Shown: positions 23,749 through 32,759 of the stretch, piece by piece | How the letters are laid out: each line of letters begins with the position of its first letter | Position numbering within the stretch: the first letter of the stretch is position 1 | Source of the DNA: a virus | Taxonomy: Duplodnaviria > Caudoviricetes | DNA: 36,139 nt | Strand: one strand, 5' to 3' | Virus record (IMG/VR): IMGVR_UViG_3300033145_000684 | Span: 1-36,139 of that record | Made by a program: the position numbers and the translations under genes | Notes under the pieces: model-generated | What the model was told of the DNA's origin: nothing | The model's database searches: none | The model's input: the letters and a program-made list of their open reading frames with translations, nothing else

Positions 23749-24445
23749 AATCGCGGACGCATTCACAGATGATGTTCCGGCAGTTGCGAATCAAATATCT
23801 GACGACATAGACAAGATAGAACAGTCTCTTGGATTTCTAAAGGATTGCTTTGAGGCTTTATGTAGCGGGTGGAGTGATTCTTCGGCAGCGAGTCTGAAGG
23901 CTCAAGTTTTGCAACCTCAAAACATTTGGCTTCCTGTTCGCAAGTTTACGCCCACGACTACAAACGGGTGTGCTGCTCTTACCAATGTTGAATTAGCTAC
24001 AAACGATATTCAGATTGAATATATGGCTTTTGATCCCGGTACTCAAGAACACGCAACGATCAGTTTGGCATTACCCGAAGGTTATGATCTTGGTACTATC
24101 AAGGCTAAGTTCTTTTACATACCCGCAACAGGCTGTTCAGCAGCAGATGTAGTTCAATGGGGTATATCAGCAGTAGCGGTGTCCAATGATGATCCTATAG
24201 ATGCGACATTTGGAACAGCTGTTACGGTTACTGATGCCATTACGGCAGGGGTAGAGGCTGACCTTCATGTTTCAGCAGCTACGGCAGCTATAACCGTGGG
24301 TGGCACACCGGTTTTGGGAGACTTGGTTCATATTAAGGTATATCGTGACGCTGATGATGCTGCCGACACAATGGATGCAGAAGACGCATGGCTATTGGGG
24401 ATCATGCTACAAATAACAATAGATCAGGCTGTAACGGCTTGGTAA
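23741..24445 (+). CDS. Putative tail appendage protein
   Basis: Shares MVxIAD..KDCFEAxCxGWSxxSAASL with the preceding gene; beta-rich C-terminus. Confidence 0.6.
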   Translation: MVKIADAFTDDVPAVANQISDDIDKIEQSLGFLKDCFEALCSGWSDSSAASLKAQVLQPQNIWLPVRKFTPTTTNGCAALTNVELATNDIQIEYMAFDPGTQEHATISLALPEGYDLGTIKAKFFYIPATGCSAADVVQWGISAVAVSNDDPIDATFGTAVTVTDAITAGVEADLHVSAATAAITVGGTPVLGDLVHIKVYRDADDAADTMDAEDAWLLGIMLQITIDQAVTAW

Positions 24446-24455
24446 GGGGGAGGAG

Positions 24456-24737
24456 ATGAATTACATAGATGGAATTAAGTTTTGTACTCAGGCGTTATTA
24501 GAGAGTCTTGCACTTGCGGTTTATAAAAATGGTGGTTATCAAGTTACTGTTTATGGTCATCCTGAAGTTTTAAGATCTTCGTGTAGTTGGGAGAAATGGC
24601 GGTACAGGTTTGAACCGTCAAATGTTCATAAGGGGCTTCATAGAGTAATTTATATGTCGGATTGCGGTGTGTCTGTGAAGATAGTTTACACATTTGATTC
24701 ACCGTTTGACAAAGCTGATACGCTTGGATGGATATAG
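24456..24737 (+). CDS. Hypothetical protein
   Basis: 93-aa ORF with GGAGG RBS. Confidence 0.5.
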   Translation: MNYIDGIKFCTQALLESLALAVYKNGGYQVTVYGHPEVLRSSCSWEKWRYRFEPSNVHKGLHRVIYMSDCGVSVKIVYTFDSPFDKADTLGWI

Positions 24738-24748
24738 GAGGGGAAACA

Positions 24749-25234
24749 ATGGAACTACTCAAAATAACAAATCCGAACTGGTTGACTGTAATCGCACCGA
24801 GAATAAACGATTATGCAAAGTATTTAAAGAAGATTCATATTAAATACGAGAACTTAATTAGTGCTTTCGAGGTGTCGATTCAAAACGCACATTTACAACA
24901 CAGTCTTGAGTATGATCTTGCAGAATTTTATGTAGTTATGAATGAAGGTTCTCCAAAAGCGTTTGCACATTGGTATAGAAAGAGTCTTCCTCATATTGGT
25001 AAGGTTCAACTGGATGCTATTCATAGCTGGTCGAAATCGTCAAGGGCGGTAAGTATGTTAATTGATCAGTTTATAGAGTTCGGGAAACAACATCGTTCAA
25101 CCATTTACGAAGCTGATTGTCTTGATGAAAAGTTGTTCAGATTATTCAGGAAATACGCTGATGAGAAAGGAATAGATTGGCAAAACACGGGGTTAATACA
25201 TTGTATAGGCGTAAACAAAGGAGCAAAGAAATGA
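24749..25234 (+). CDS. Hypothetical protein, possible GNAT-fold factor preceding the ejection genes
   Basis: Alpha/beta pattern (FYVVMNEG..AFAHW..VQLDAIHS..LIDQFIEFGK) and a position typical for podoviruses. Start after AGGAGGG. Confidence 0.45.
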   Translation: MELLKITNPNWLTVIAPRINDYAKYLKKIHIKYENLISAFEVSIQNAHLQHSLEYDLAEFYVVMNEGSPKAFAHWYRKSLPHIGKVQLDAIHSWSKSSRAVSMLIDQFIEFGKQHRSTIYEADCLDEKLFRLFRKYADEKGIDWQNTGLIHCIGVNKGAKK

Positions 25235-25860
25235 AGATTTACAATGAGGTAAGGATTGATATTTCAACAGGCGAGACTATCTATGAGGACTCTTACGAAT
25301 ATGACGGAGAGGTAGCCGAGTGCAAAGGTGGTGGTAGTGTAAGCTATACTCAATCTCCCGAACAGCAACAGGTGTTTCAACAGCTAATGCCTTTGGTTAA
25401 TATGATGACACAAGCAGGGCAGCAAGGCACTTCTCCTTGGCAAATTCCTTCTACTCAATCCATGATGCCACAACAAGGCTGGTATGAAGGAATGGATCAA
25501 AACATTATGGCAGGAGTTCGGGAGCCTTATATTGATGCCAGCAAGCAATTAACCGAGTCATTGGGTTATGGTGCTGGTTCTGCAAGAGGGGGCGCAAGTG
25601 GTATGCTTGGTGGTGCTCAATCTGATTTCTGGTCTAAAGCCGGAACACAGATGGGGCAACAGGCATGGAACATGGTTAGTCCAATTCAACAGCAGGGCTG
25701 GCAGGCACAGTTACAAGGCAATCAGTTTCCATTCACCGCAATGCCGGGAATGATGGGAGGTACATATTCACAACCTGTAGTGCAACCAGGAAGTACAACG
25801 GGATCTGATATGATGTCAATGATAGGAATGCTTGGCATGGGGGCACTTGGGGGGAAATAG
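25231..25860 (+). CDS. Putative DNA ejection/pilot protein 1
   Basis: Acidic leader ending ECKGGGS, then a G/Q/M/S-rich low-complexity body. ATGA overlap and AAGGAG RBS. Confidence 0.6.
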   Translation: MKIYNEVRIDISTGETIYEDSYEYDGEVAECKGGGSVSYTQSPEQQQVFQQLMPLVNMMTQAGQQGTSPWQIPSTQSMMPQQGWYEGMDQNIMAGVREPYIDASKQLTESLGYGAGSARGGASGMLGGAQSDFWSKAGTQMGQQAWNMVSPIQQQGWQAQLQGNQFPFTAMPGMMGGTYSQPVVQPGSTTGSDMMSMIGMLGMGALGGK

Positions 25861-25869
25861 GAGGTAGTT

Positions 25870-26955
25870 ATGCCACAACCAATATATTTACCAAAAGAAA
25901 GAAGTCCGTTTGAATCTCTTTTGCCGATGGTTCAGCAGATGTTTATGATGAAGTTCAAGCACAAGATGGACATGGATATAGTCGATGCTGAGACTAAGCG
26001 AAAAGCTGCCGAGAAAACTGAGCAACGGTCATATGAACAAAAACAAAAAGGACAAACTCAAAAACAGAAATTCGTAACCGCAGGAAGAAAGCCAATTGTA
26101 GGGCCACGGGTACAACAACCTGGTGAGGTCACGAATGTTTATACTGGCAATAGGTGGGGTCAAAAACCAAGACCGCAGGCAATTACGGTTGATGGTGTCA
26201 AACTTATAGAAACTAGCCCTGGGAAATATATAAAGGCAGCGGGTACGGAAACTCCTACAAAAATGAGAAATTTTGAATTAACTATTTATGGTAAAGAAGT
26301 TCCTGAAATGAGGGGTACTTCTGAATATATTGATCGAAGATTAAAATGGATTGAACAACAAAAAGAAATGTCCCCATATACAAAACAAATAGCTCGTCAA
26401 AATGAAATAACTGCGAAAAGAGAGGGAACTAGTTTAAGGAAAGAGTTTAATACACTCCCAGAGGTCAAGGATTATAGTGAAATCAGAAAGCGATATAGTG
26501 TCATGGAAGAAGCTATGAAAGAATCTAAAACAACCAATACCTTTGTTGCTGTTGACCAGGCACTTATAACTACTTTCAATAAAATAACTGATCCTGATTC
26601 TGTAGTAAGAGAAAGTGAATATGCTCGTACAGCAGAAGATTTATCTCTTGTAGCCAGAGCAAGGGCAGCGGTATCAAGAGTTGCAAAAGGTGGAAGGTTA
26701 GACCAGCAAGGCAGAGAGGCTCTACATAGGATGGCGGGTAAGTTTATGAATATAACACAACAGAGGTATGATGATCGTTTAAAAGAATACAAAGGGTATT
26801 TTATGGGTTATGGCTTAGATCCAGAAAGATATTTAAAACCTATCACTTCTCCATTGAGGGGTGTTTCAGAATCGACTACATCACCACAGGATTTATCAAC
26901 CATGTCAGATGAAGAACTAAAGACTTTATATCGAAATATGAGTTCAGGGAGTTGA
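25870..26955 (+). CDS. Putative DNA ejection protein 2
   Basis: Helical, charged 361-aa protein with D.ALI..FNKITDPDSVVRESE, and gene position. Confidence 0.55.
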   Translation: MPQPIYLPKERSPFESLLPMVQQMFMMKFKHKMDMDIVDAETKRKAAEKTEQRSYEQKQKGQTQKQKFVTAGRKPIVGPRVQQPGEVTNVYTGNRWGQKPRPQAITVDGVKLIETSPGKYIKAAGTETPTKMRNFELTIYGKEVPEMRGTSEYIDRRLKWIEQQKEMSPYTKQIARQNEITAKREGTSLRKEFNTLPEVKDYSEIRKRYSVMEEAMKESKTTNTFVAVDQALITTFNKITDPDSVVRESEYARTAEDLSLVARARAAVSRVAKGGRLDQQGREALHRMAGKFMNITQQRYDDRLKEYKGYFMGYGLDPERYLKPITSPLRGVSESTTSPQDLSTMSDEELKTLYRNMSSGS

Positions 26956-26956
26956 T

Positions 26957-29194
26957 ATGGATTTAAGAACAGTAGAAGCTGAAATGAAAAGACGGAGACC
27001 TTCAACATCCCTTGATGTTAAGGCTGAAATAGCAAAAAGAGGCGTTGATTTAACAACGGCTTCCAATTTCGATATTACAGGACTGTCCGATATTGGTGTC
27101 GAAACGGAAAGTCTTTCATTATCAACACAGGAAAAACAAGTGCTTTCTAATTTCTATACCCCTGCTCTTGAAATGGGAGGCATGGGTATCGGCAGTGCTG
27201 TTGGCACGACTGCTGGACCAGTCGGGATGCTTGCTAGTGGTACTTTGGTGTATGGAATAGCCAAAAGTACGGCAAGGGCATTGGATGAATGGTTGGGTTT
27301 GGTTGAAATTCCAAGTGGCAAGGAAAGGGCAATTCACAGCATTAAAGATATAAAAACAGGTGCGACTTATGAAATGCTCGGTCAGGGTATTCCTGCGGCA
27401 ATAGTCGGAACAGCAAAGGGAGCTTGGTGGCTTGCTATGAAAATACCAGGGGTAAAAGATTTTATTACTCGTATTAAAAAGTTTTCACCATCTTTGAATA
27501 AAACGGAAGTGATAAAAAAAGCCAGTCAGACTCTAAAAGATCACAAAGAAAGTCTTATTCTTGGTCAATCACAAAAAGGTTCTGCTTCACAAGCAAGGGC
27601 CGGGGTAGAAGCATATGAACAAAATCTTCTAAAACAATCTGAAGTTGCTGTAAAGGCGGCAACTGAAAAAGCAGCCTCACTTCAGGGAAAAAGTGTTCAG
27701 GAAGTTGGGGAAACACTTCTCAACGAATTAAGACTTCCAATGGCAAAATCCAAGAAGCATATTGATGCGTTATATAATTTAATTCCTGAAACAACTGTTC
27801 CCTCACAATCATTAATAAAAACACTTAAAAATGTTATTGTGGATTATAAGAAAAAGGGTGGTGGATCTGGAACATTGCCTTCCGGGATAATGAAACAAAT
27901 AAGAAACACTGTACTTCCAAAGGGCAAGAAAACACCAAACGAGATCCCATTTGAAAAACTATGGAATGATTGGAGGCCGCAGATTGGGGAAGCTATTCGG
28001 GACGCTGAAAGGGGCGCAAACCCAAATTATAAACTGTCGCGAAGATTGAAGATGATAAAAAAAGGTATAGATGAATCTATGGATCAATTAGAAAAACATG
28101 GGGATGAACATATAATTGATCTATACGACAGTGCCAAAACGGCATTTACCAAACACCACGATACATTTAGAAAAGGAACGGTTAATGAAGTGTTGCGACC
28201 TGGGAACTTAATTGCTGGAAACAGGATTGCTTTTTCTGATATTCCCGCAAGATTCTTTAAACAGAAAGGCATGGATGCTGCTGATGATTTGATAAGGGGT
28301 GTCGGAAAAAATAAAGCCGGAAAGTTAATAGAAGATTATGCTGCTCAAGACCTTTTAACTGGAAGATTAACTCCCGAAGGAATGTTAAGGCCGGAGGCTG
28401 CAAGACAATGGCTATCTAAAAATAAAGCTGTTCTGCAAAAATATGGCTTATTCAATAAGTTTAAAAATATTGTGTCTTCTCAGCATGTTGCAGATACGGC
28501 AGTAAAAAACATCAATGTTTTTAACAAAACTATTGCTTCAAAGATATTAAATAGTGATGTGGAGAAGGTTGTAAAAAATGTTTTTACTGGTGCTCAGAAA
28601 AACAGTCAAAAAGTGGCGATAGATTTGTTAAACGTGCCTGGTATTAAGGGAAATAAAGCTGCCATAGAAGGCATAAGAGATTCATTTAAAGATTTTCTTT
28701 TAGAATCCATGAAGGGTAAATATGTAGATCCATTAGGAGTTCCGATAAGAGACATCAGAAAAGCAAAACAAGTTGTGGCTGAATACATGCCTGCAATTAA
28801 AGTGTTATATAAAAGCGAGCCTAAGAAAATCAAAGCATTGGCTGATTATCATAAACTTTTATACGCGGCAGAGGAGGTAATTGCTACGAGTTCAAAAGGC
28901 CCGGTTAAAAGCTTGGTAGAATCTATTGCCAGATTAGGATTTATTCAAGCCGGAGCAGGATGGAAATATAGTGCTTCACGAAGTATCGCAAGAAATATAT
29001 ACGATATGGCTGGAAGGGGTCCTAAAACTGATATTGAAATGCTTATGCGAAGGGCAATATATGATCCCGAACTTGCACAAATAATAATGGGCATGTCAGA
29101 AGGTGTTCCTGTTGCCATTACCAAAAAACAGGTTAATCATCAACTTCTTAAATATAGCATCTACACGGCTGATAAATTACGAAATCAGAACTAA
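26957..29194 (+). CDS. Putative DNA ejection protein 3
   Basis: 745 aa, Gly-rich hydrophobic segment (GGMGIGSAVGTTAGPVGMLASG) then a long helical K/A-rich body. Confidence 0.55.
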   Translation: MDLRTVEAEMKRRRPSTSLDVKAEIAKRGVDLTTASNFDITGLSDIGVETESLSLSTQEKQVLSNFYTPALEMGGMGIGSAVGTTAGPVGMLASGTLVYGIAKSTARALDEWLGLVEIPSGKERAIHSIKDIKTGATYEMLGQGIPAAIVGTAKGAWWLAMKIPGVKDFITRIKKFSPSLNKTEVIKKASQTLKDHKESLILGQSQKGSASQARAGVEAYEQNLLKQSEVAVKAATEKAASLQGKSVQEVGETLLNELRLPMAKSKKHIDALYNLIPETTVPSQSLIKTLKNVIVDYKKKGGGSGTLPSGIMKQIRNTVLPKGKKTPNEIPFEKLWNDWRPQIGEAIRDAERGANPNYKLSRRLKMIKKGIDESMDQLEKHGDEHIIDLYDSAKTAFTKHHDTFRKGTVNEVLRPGNLIAGNRIAFSDIPARFFKQKGMDAADDLIRGVGKNKAGKLIEDYAAQDLLTGRLTPEGMLRPEAARQWLSKNKAVLQKYGLFNKFKNIVSSQHVADTAVKNINVFNKTIASKILNSDVEKVVKNVFTGAQKNSQKVAIDLLNVPGIKGNKAAIEGIRDSFKDFLLESMKGKYVDPLGVPIRDIRKAKQVVAEYMPAIKVLYKSEPKKIKALADYHKLLYAAEEVIATSSKGPVKSLVESIARLGFIQAGAGWKYSASRSIARNIYDMAGRGPKTDIEMLMRRAIYDPELAQIIMGMSEGVPVAITKKQVNHQLLKYSIYTADKLRNQN

Positions 29195-29204
29195 AGGAGC
29201 AACC

Positions 29205-32141
29205 ATGAAAAGATTAAAATGGCTTTCCATATTCATAATTATATTATTAATACCCGCAACGGCTATGGGTATCATTGGACGGGGCATTTTGGATGGTGTT
29301 AATTGGGCATCTCCTGGGGCTATAGGTAATACAACACCAGCGGCAGGGACATTTACCTCTGTGGTTTCTGGTGCTATTACTGTCACCACTGCTGGGCCTA
29401 CTGATAACCTGGATGTAAGTGCGGCAAACACCGTATATATTAACACTGGTTCCAACAACGTAACAATAGGCGGTTTTACAGGAGGTGTGTCTGGTCAACG
29501 ATTATTTGTGTCTGTGATTAACTCGTCAAATAATGCCGTTTTAGAACACGCTGAAAGTACTGGAAATCAGGATATTTACCTCAGTGATGCTTCAGATGAA
29601 ACAATTACGGCAGGGTATGGTGGATGGGTGTTGGTCTGTAACGGAACTCATTGGTATGAAGGAACTGTCGGCTCACCGGCGGGTGGTTCAGGTGATGTAA
29701 CAGGCATAACTGCAGGGGATGGAATTAGAGTTGCCAACGGGGACACCGCAACACCGGATATTCATGTTGATTTTGATGAGAACACCACAAACTTAGAGGG
29801 CACAGGATTAGCTACCACGGATGTTCTTCTATATATGGATTCAAGCAACTCTGACGACATGGCAAGGGGTCTCGTTTCTGACTTACCATTAGATTTAGTC
29901 GATGACACAACTCCTCAACTTGCCGATGATCTTGATGGACAAGGGAATTATCTTGTAAATGTTCAGAATATTCCTGATCTTGCAAGCAAAGGGCCTGCTT
30001 ATTGGTTTGATGGAGTGGATGATGTAATTACTGTTGGAGATGATTCTGATATAGATGTCGGAATAGATGATTTTTATATTGAGATTTGCATTACTCCTTA
30101 TGATATTACAAGAACCACAGATTATCTTATAAACAAAGAAGCCGCTGGAATTGGTTATGGCTTATATATCAATGAAGATGATCTTTATATAAGGCTTGAT
30201 GATGATACAACAGATGTTTCAGCAATCATCGGAACAGCTGTTTTTGCTGATTATGTAAAAGCCAATATTCTGGTTACTTTTGATCGAAGTGGTAACGCAA
30301 CGGCTTACATAAATGGTAAATTAGCCGGAACAGTAGCAATATCAACAGCAAATTTAACTCTTTCAAATGCCGGTGACTTACACATAGGTCAAGATTCAGC
30401 CGGAGGTAATGAATTTTTAGGCGATATATGGAAGCATCGAATAGGTAATTTGGTTTTATCTGCTACTGAAGTCAAAGCTTTCTCATCTGGTGCACCGGTG
30501 CCTTATAAGTATATCGGTGTGAGTCAGACGGCATTAATTAACGATTTTCCAGCTTCACATGATTTTCTTGCGGTTAGTCCACAAGATGGGTGGACTTTAT
30601 ACGGCACTCCTACTACATGCTCGACAGATGGTGATTCTAAACTAACCGTTGTACTGGATGAAAATTATGAGGGAGTGTACATTAAGCCAATAACTATAGT
30701 TGGAAAACTATATCGGCTTACATTTGATGCGACAGTAACAGATTTAACGTCAGATGAAAAGCTACAAATCTATTGTGTTCATCTTACACTTATTTCTGGG
30801 ACAGCAGACATTACTGCAAATGGTACATATTCATGTATTTATCGGGCATCAGCTGCAGCCCCAACAATATATATGAGAGGAGTTAACTATTCGGATAGTA
30901 TTTCATTTACAATAGATAATCCAAGCTTTACCCAAATCGGCTGTGTCCTTCAGCTCGAACAAGATGGTATTACAGATACAACATGGTTTGATAAGTCAGG
31001 TAATGGTCTTGATGGAACTGTAAGTGGGGCGATAGCTACTAATAAAAATGTCAATTTAGTGGCTGATACTTATGGTTCTGATGGCTCGGTAACTGATGCT
31101 GAATTTCTTCGTATCAACACCCTATCTTCAAACGCTCAAGATCAAATAACCGCTAATGAGGGTGAACTTAATAACGAAGCTGGCCTATATGCCGCCTTAT
31201 CCGATGTGTCTGATTTTGTGCAACCAGATGAAAAATTCACAATGGGCGCAACGATTCAGGAAACCGTGAACGCCGATGCCACGCCTGATGTTTCAAACGC
31301 TGCAACCGGAGTGAATAATATTTATGAAAGTAACGCCAATGGTACGATTACAGACTTTGATGATACAGACGACCATAGCGAGTTTTCCGATGGTGATTTC
31401 TTTATCTTTGTCGTTACTGATGCGTCAACTGTGATAGACTTCAGCGAGAACGCTAACATTGAAGGCAATGCCGTCAGCGAGAACGCTAACATTGAAGGCA
31501 ATGCCGGAGTGGACTTCACCGGATCAGCTACGCAAATAGTTTACATTCTTTTCGTTTATGAATCAGCCCGATGGAATGCTGTCAATCTCACAGGCGGTTA
31601 CAGCACTCCAACCACGCTTGCTTTGAGTTCTATTGATATGGGCGGCGGTGATCTGGAAATACCAAACTCTGATGACCCTGATGTTGATACTACAGGACAG
31701 ATCAGCCTTGATACTGACGGATGGTTGAGGGTGTATCAGAACTCACTCCAAAAAGGTTTGCCGGTTGACGAAAATATTTCCATTACAATCCTTCAGCCTG
31801 ACGATGCGGAAGCAACTGATGACATACCAATTTGGTGTAATTTCTCTGGCATGTCTTTTGAAATACACACTATCTACGCAATGTCTGATGTTGACGATGC
31901 TACTTTTACCCTTGTTTCCTGTCCATATACAGACCTGACAGACGAAACAACCATTGAAGCTATTACGGTTTCAACAAACAGTACCGGAGTTTTCACCTAC
32001 ACAATTGGGGCGGGGGCTGGAACTGACATTGACGAAGGAACCGTACCAACCGGAGAATGCATTGTATTTGATCCCTCTGCTGATGATTTGGGTTTTGTAA
32101 CCGTGACCATACTTGGATATTATGTAGGAGATGTGGACTAA
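29205..32141 (+). CDS. Large acidic multidomain fibre/adhesin-like protein with LamG-like domain and N-terminal signal peptide
   Basis: ATG 29205 after AAGGAG. MKRLKWLSIFIIILLIPATAMG leader, IGNTTPAAGTFT and DTTPQL..DLD fibre-type motifs, FDGVDD..AYING..LHIG..WFDKSGNGLDGT LamG pattern. Confidence 0.7.
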   Translation: MKRLKWLSIFIIILLIPATAMGIIGRGILDGVNWASPGAIGNTTPAAGTFTSVVSGAITVTTAGPTDNLDVSAANTVYINTGSNNVTIGGFTGGVSGQRLFVSVINSSNNAVLEHAESTGNQDIYLSDASDETITAGYGGWVLVCNGTHWYEGTVGSPAGGSGDVTGITAGDGIRVANGDTATPDIHVDFDENTTNLEGTGLATTDVLLYMDSSNSDDMARGLVSDLPLDLVDDTTPQLADDLDGQGNYLVNVQNIPDLASKGPAYWFDGVDDVITVGDDSDIDVGIDDFYIEICITPYDITRTTDYLINKEAAGIGYGLYINEDDLYIRLDDDTTDVSAIIGTAVFADYVKANILVTFDRSGNATAYINGKLAGTVAISTANLTLSNAGDLHIGQDSAGGNEFLGDIWKHRIGNLVLSATEVKAFSSGAPVPYKYIGVSQTALINDFPASHDFLAVSPQDGWTLYGTPTTCSTDGDSKLTVVLDENYEGVYIKPITIVGKLYRLTFDATVTDLTSDEKLQIYCVHLTLISGTADITANGTYSCIYRASAAAPTIYMRGVNYSDSISFTIDNPSFTQIGCVLQLEQDGITDTTWFDKSGNGLDGTVSGAIATNKNVNLVADTYGSDGSVTDAEFLRINTLSSNAQDQITANEGELNNEAGLYAALSDVSDFVQPDEKFTMGATIQETVNADATPDVSNAATGVNNIYESNANGTITDFDDTDDHSEFSDGDFFIFVVTDASTVIDFSENANIEGNAVSENANIEGNAGVDFTGSATQIVYILFVYESARWNAVNLTGGYSTPTTLALSSIDMGGGDLEIPNSDDPDVDTTGQISLDTDGWLRVYQNSLQKGLPVDENISITILQPDDAEATDDIPIWCNFSGMSFEIHTIYAMSDVDDATFTLVSCPYTDLTDETTIEAITVSTNSTGVFTYTIGAGAGTDIDEGTVPTGECIVFDPSADDLGFVTVTILGYYVGDVD
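31441..31506 (+). repeat. Perfect in-frame 33-bp tandem duplication
   Basis: TCAGCGAGAACGCTAACATTGAAGGCAATGCCG at 31441-31473 and 31474-31506 (SENANIEGNA twice). Confidence 0.95.
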
Positions 32142-32731
32142 TGAAGAAACTACTTTTAATATTATTATTTATTGTTTCGATTGTCTCATATTCCTATGCT
32201 GGCATGGTGATTGGGAGTTGGTATGGGGGTGGTGGAGCAATCGAATGTGCACCTGTAAGTGAAGGAGCTCTTGTTTTTGCATCATGGTCAAAACCCTGTG
32301 CAGCAGTTACCTTTATTCCGTCTATTTCTGTGACAATAACAGGAATTACCGCACATCTCAGTCGAGGTGATGGCTCACCCACAACTACTCTAACAGCCTG
32401 TATTCATAATGACAATGGGGGAGTACCTGGATCAGAAATAACTTGTTCGGATGCCTTTTCAAGCTCAAACATAGGAACCAGCTCCAGTGATATTTCTTTT
32501 ACTGGTTCTATAAGTGCTTCAGTAACAGCAACAACTCCCTATTGGCTTTTACTAAAAATATCTGAGCTGGAAGGAATATCCACAATATGGCACAAAGGTG
32601 CGGCAGACGAATGTGATGGAAAGGGGAACCTCACGGCAACATACCAAGCATATAACAACGATACTGTTGGATGTGGAGGAGATTGGACAGGGGATTCAGA
32701 TGGTTCTTATATATTTAAATTAACATATTGA
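32141..32731 (+). CDS. Signal-peptide-bearing beta-sandwich protein
   Basis: MKKLLLILLFIVSIVSYSYA leader; Ser/Thr/Gly-rich; 6 Cys; TAATG coupling. Confidence 0.65.
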   Translation: MKKLLLILLFIVSIVSYSYAGMVIGSWYGGGGAIECAPVSEGALVFASWSKPCAAVTFIPSISVTITGITAHLSRGDGSPTTTLTACIHNDNGGVPGSEITCSDAFSSSNIGTSSSDISFTGSISASVTATTPYWLLLKISELEGISTIWHKGAADECDGKGNLTATYQAYNNDTVGCGGDWTGDSDGSYIFKLTY

Positions 32732-32759
32732 ATATATATATAGGTAACTGGGAGGATTA

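Noticed and set aside
29103-29204. ORF-track N-terminal extension of the 1012-aa protein
   Set aside because: It overlaps the upstream gene and hides the signal peptide; ATG 29205 has an AAGGAG RBS.
32731-32742. Short (AT)n run before the beta-helix gene
   Set aside because: Too short to support a phase-variation or regulatory role.
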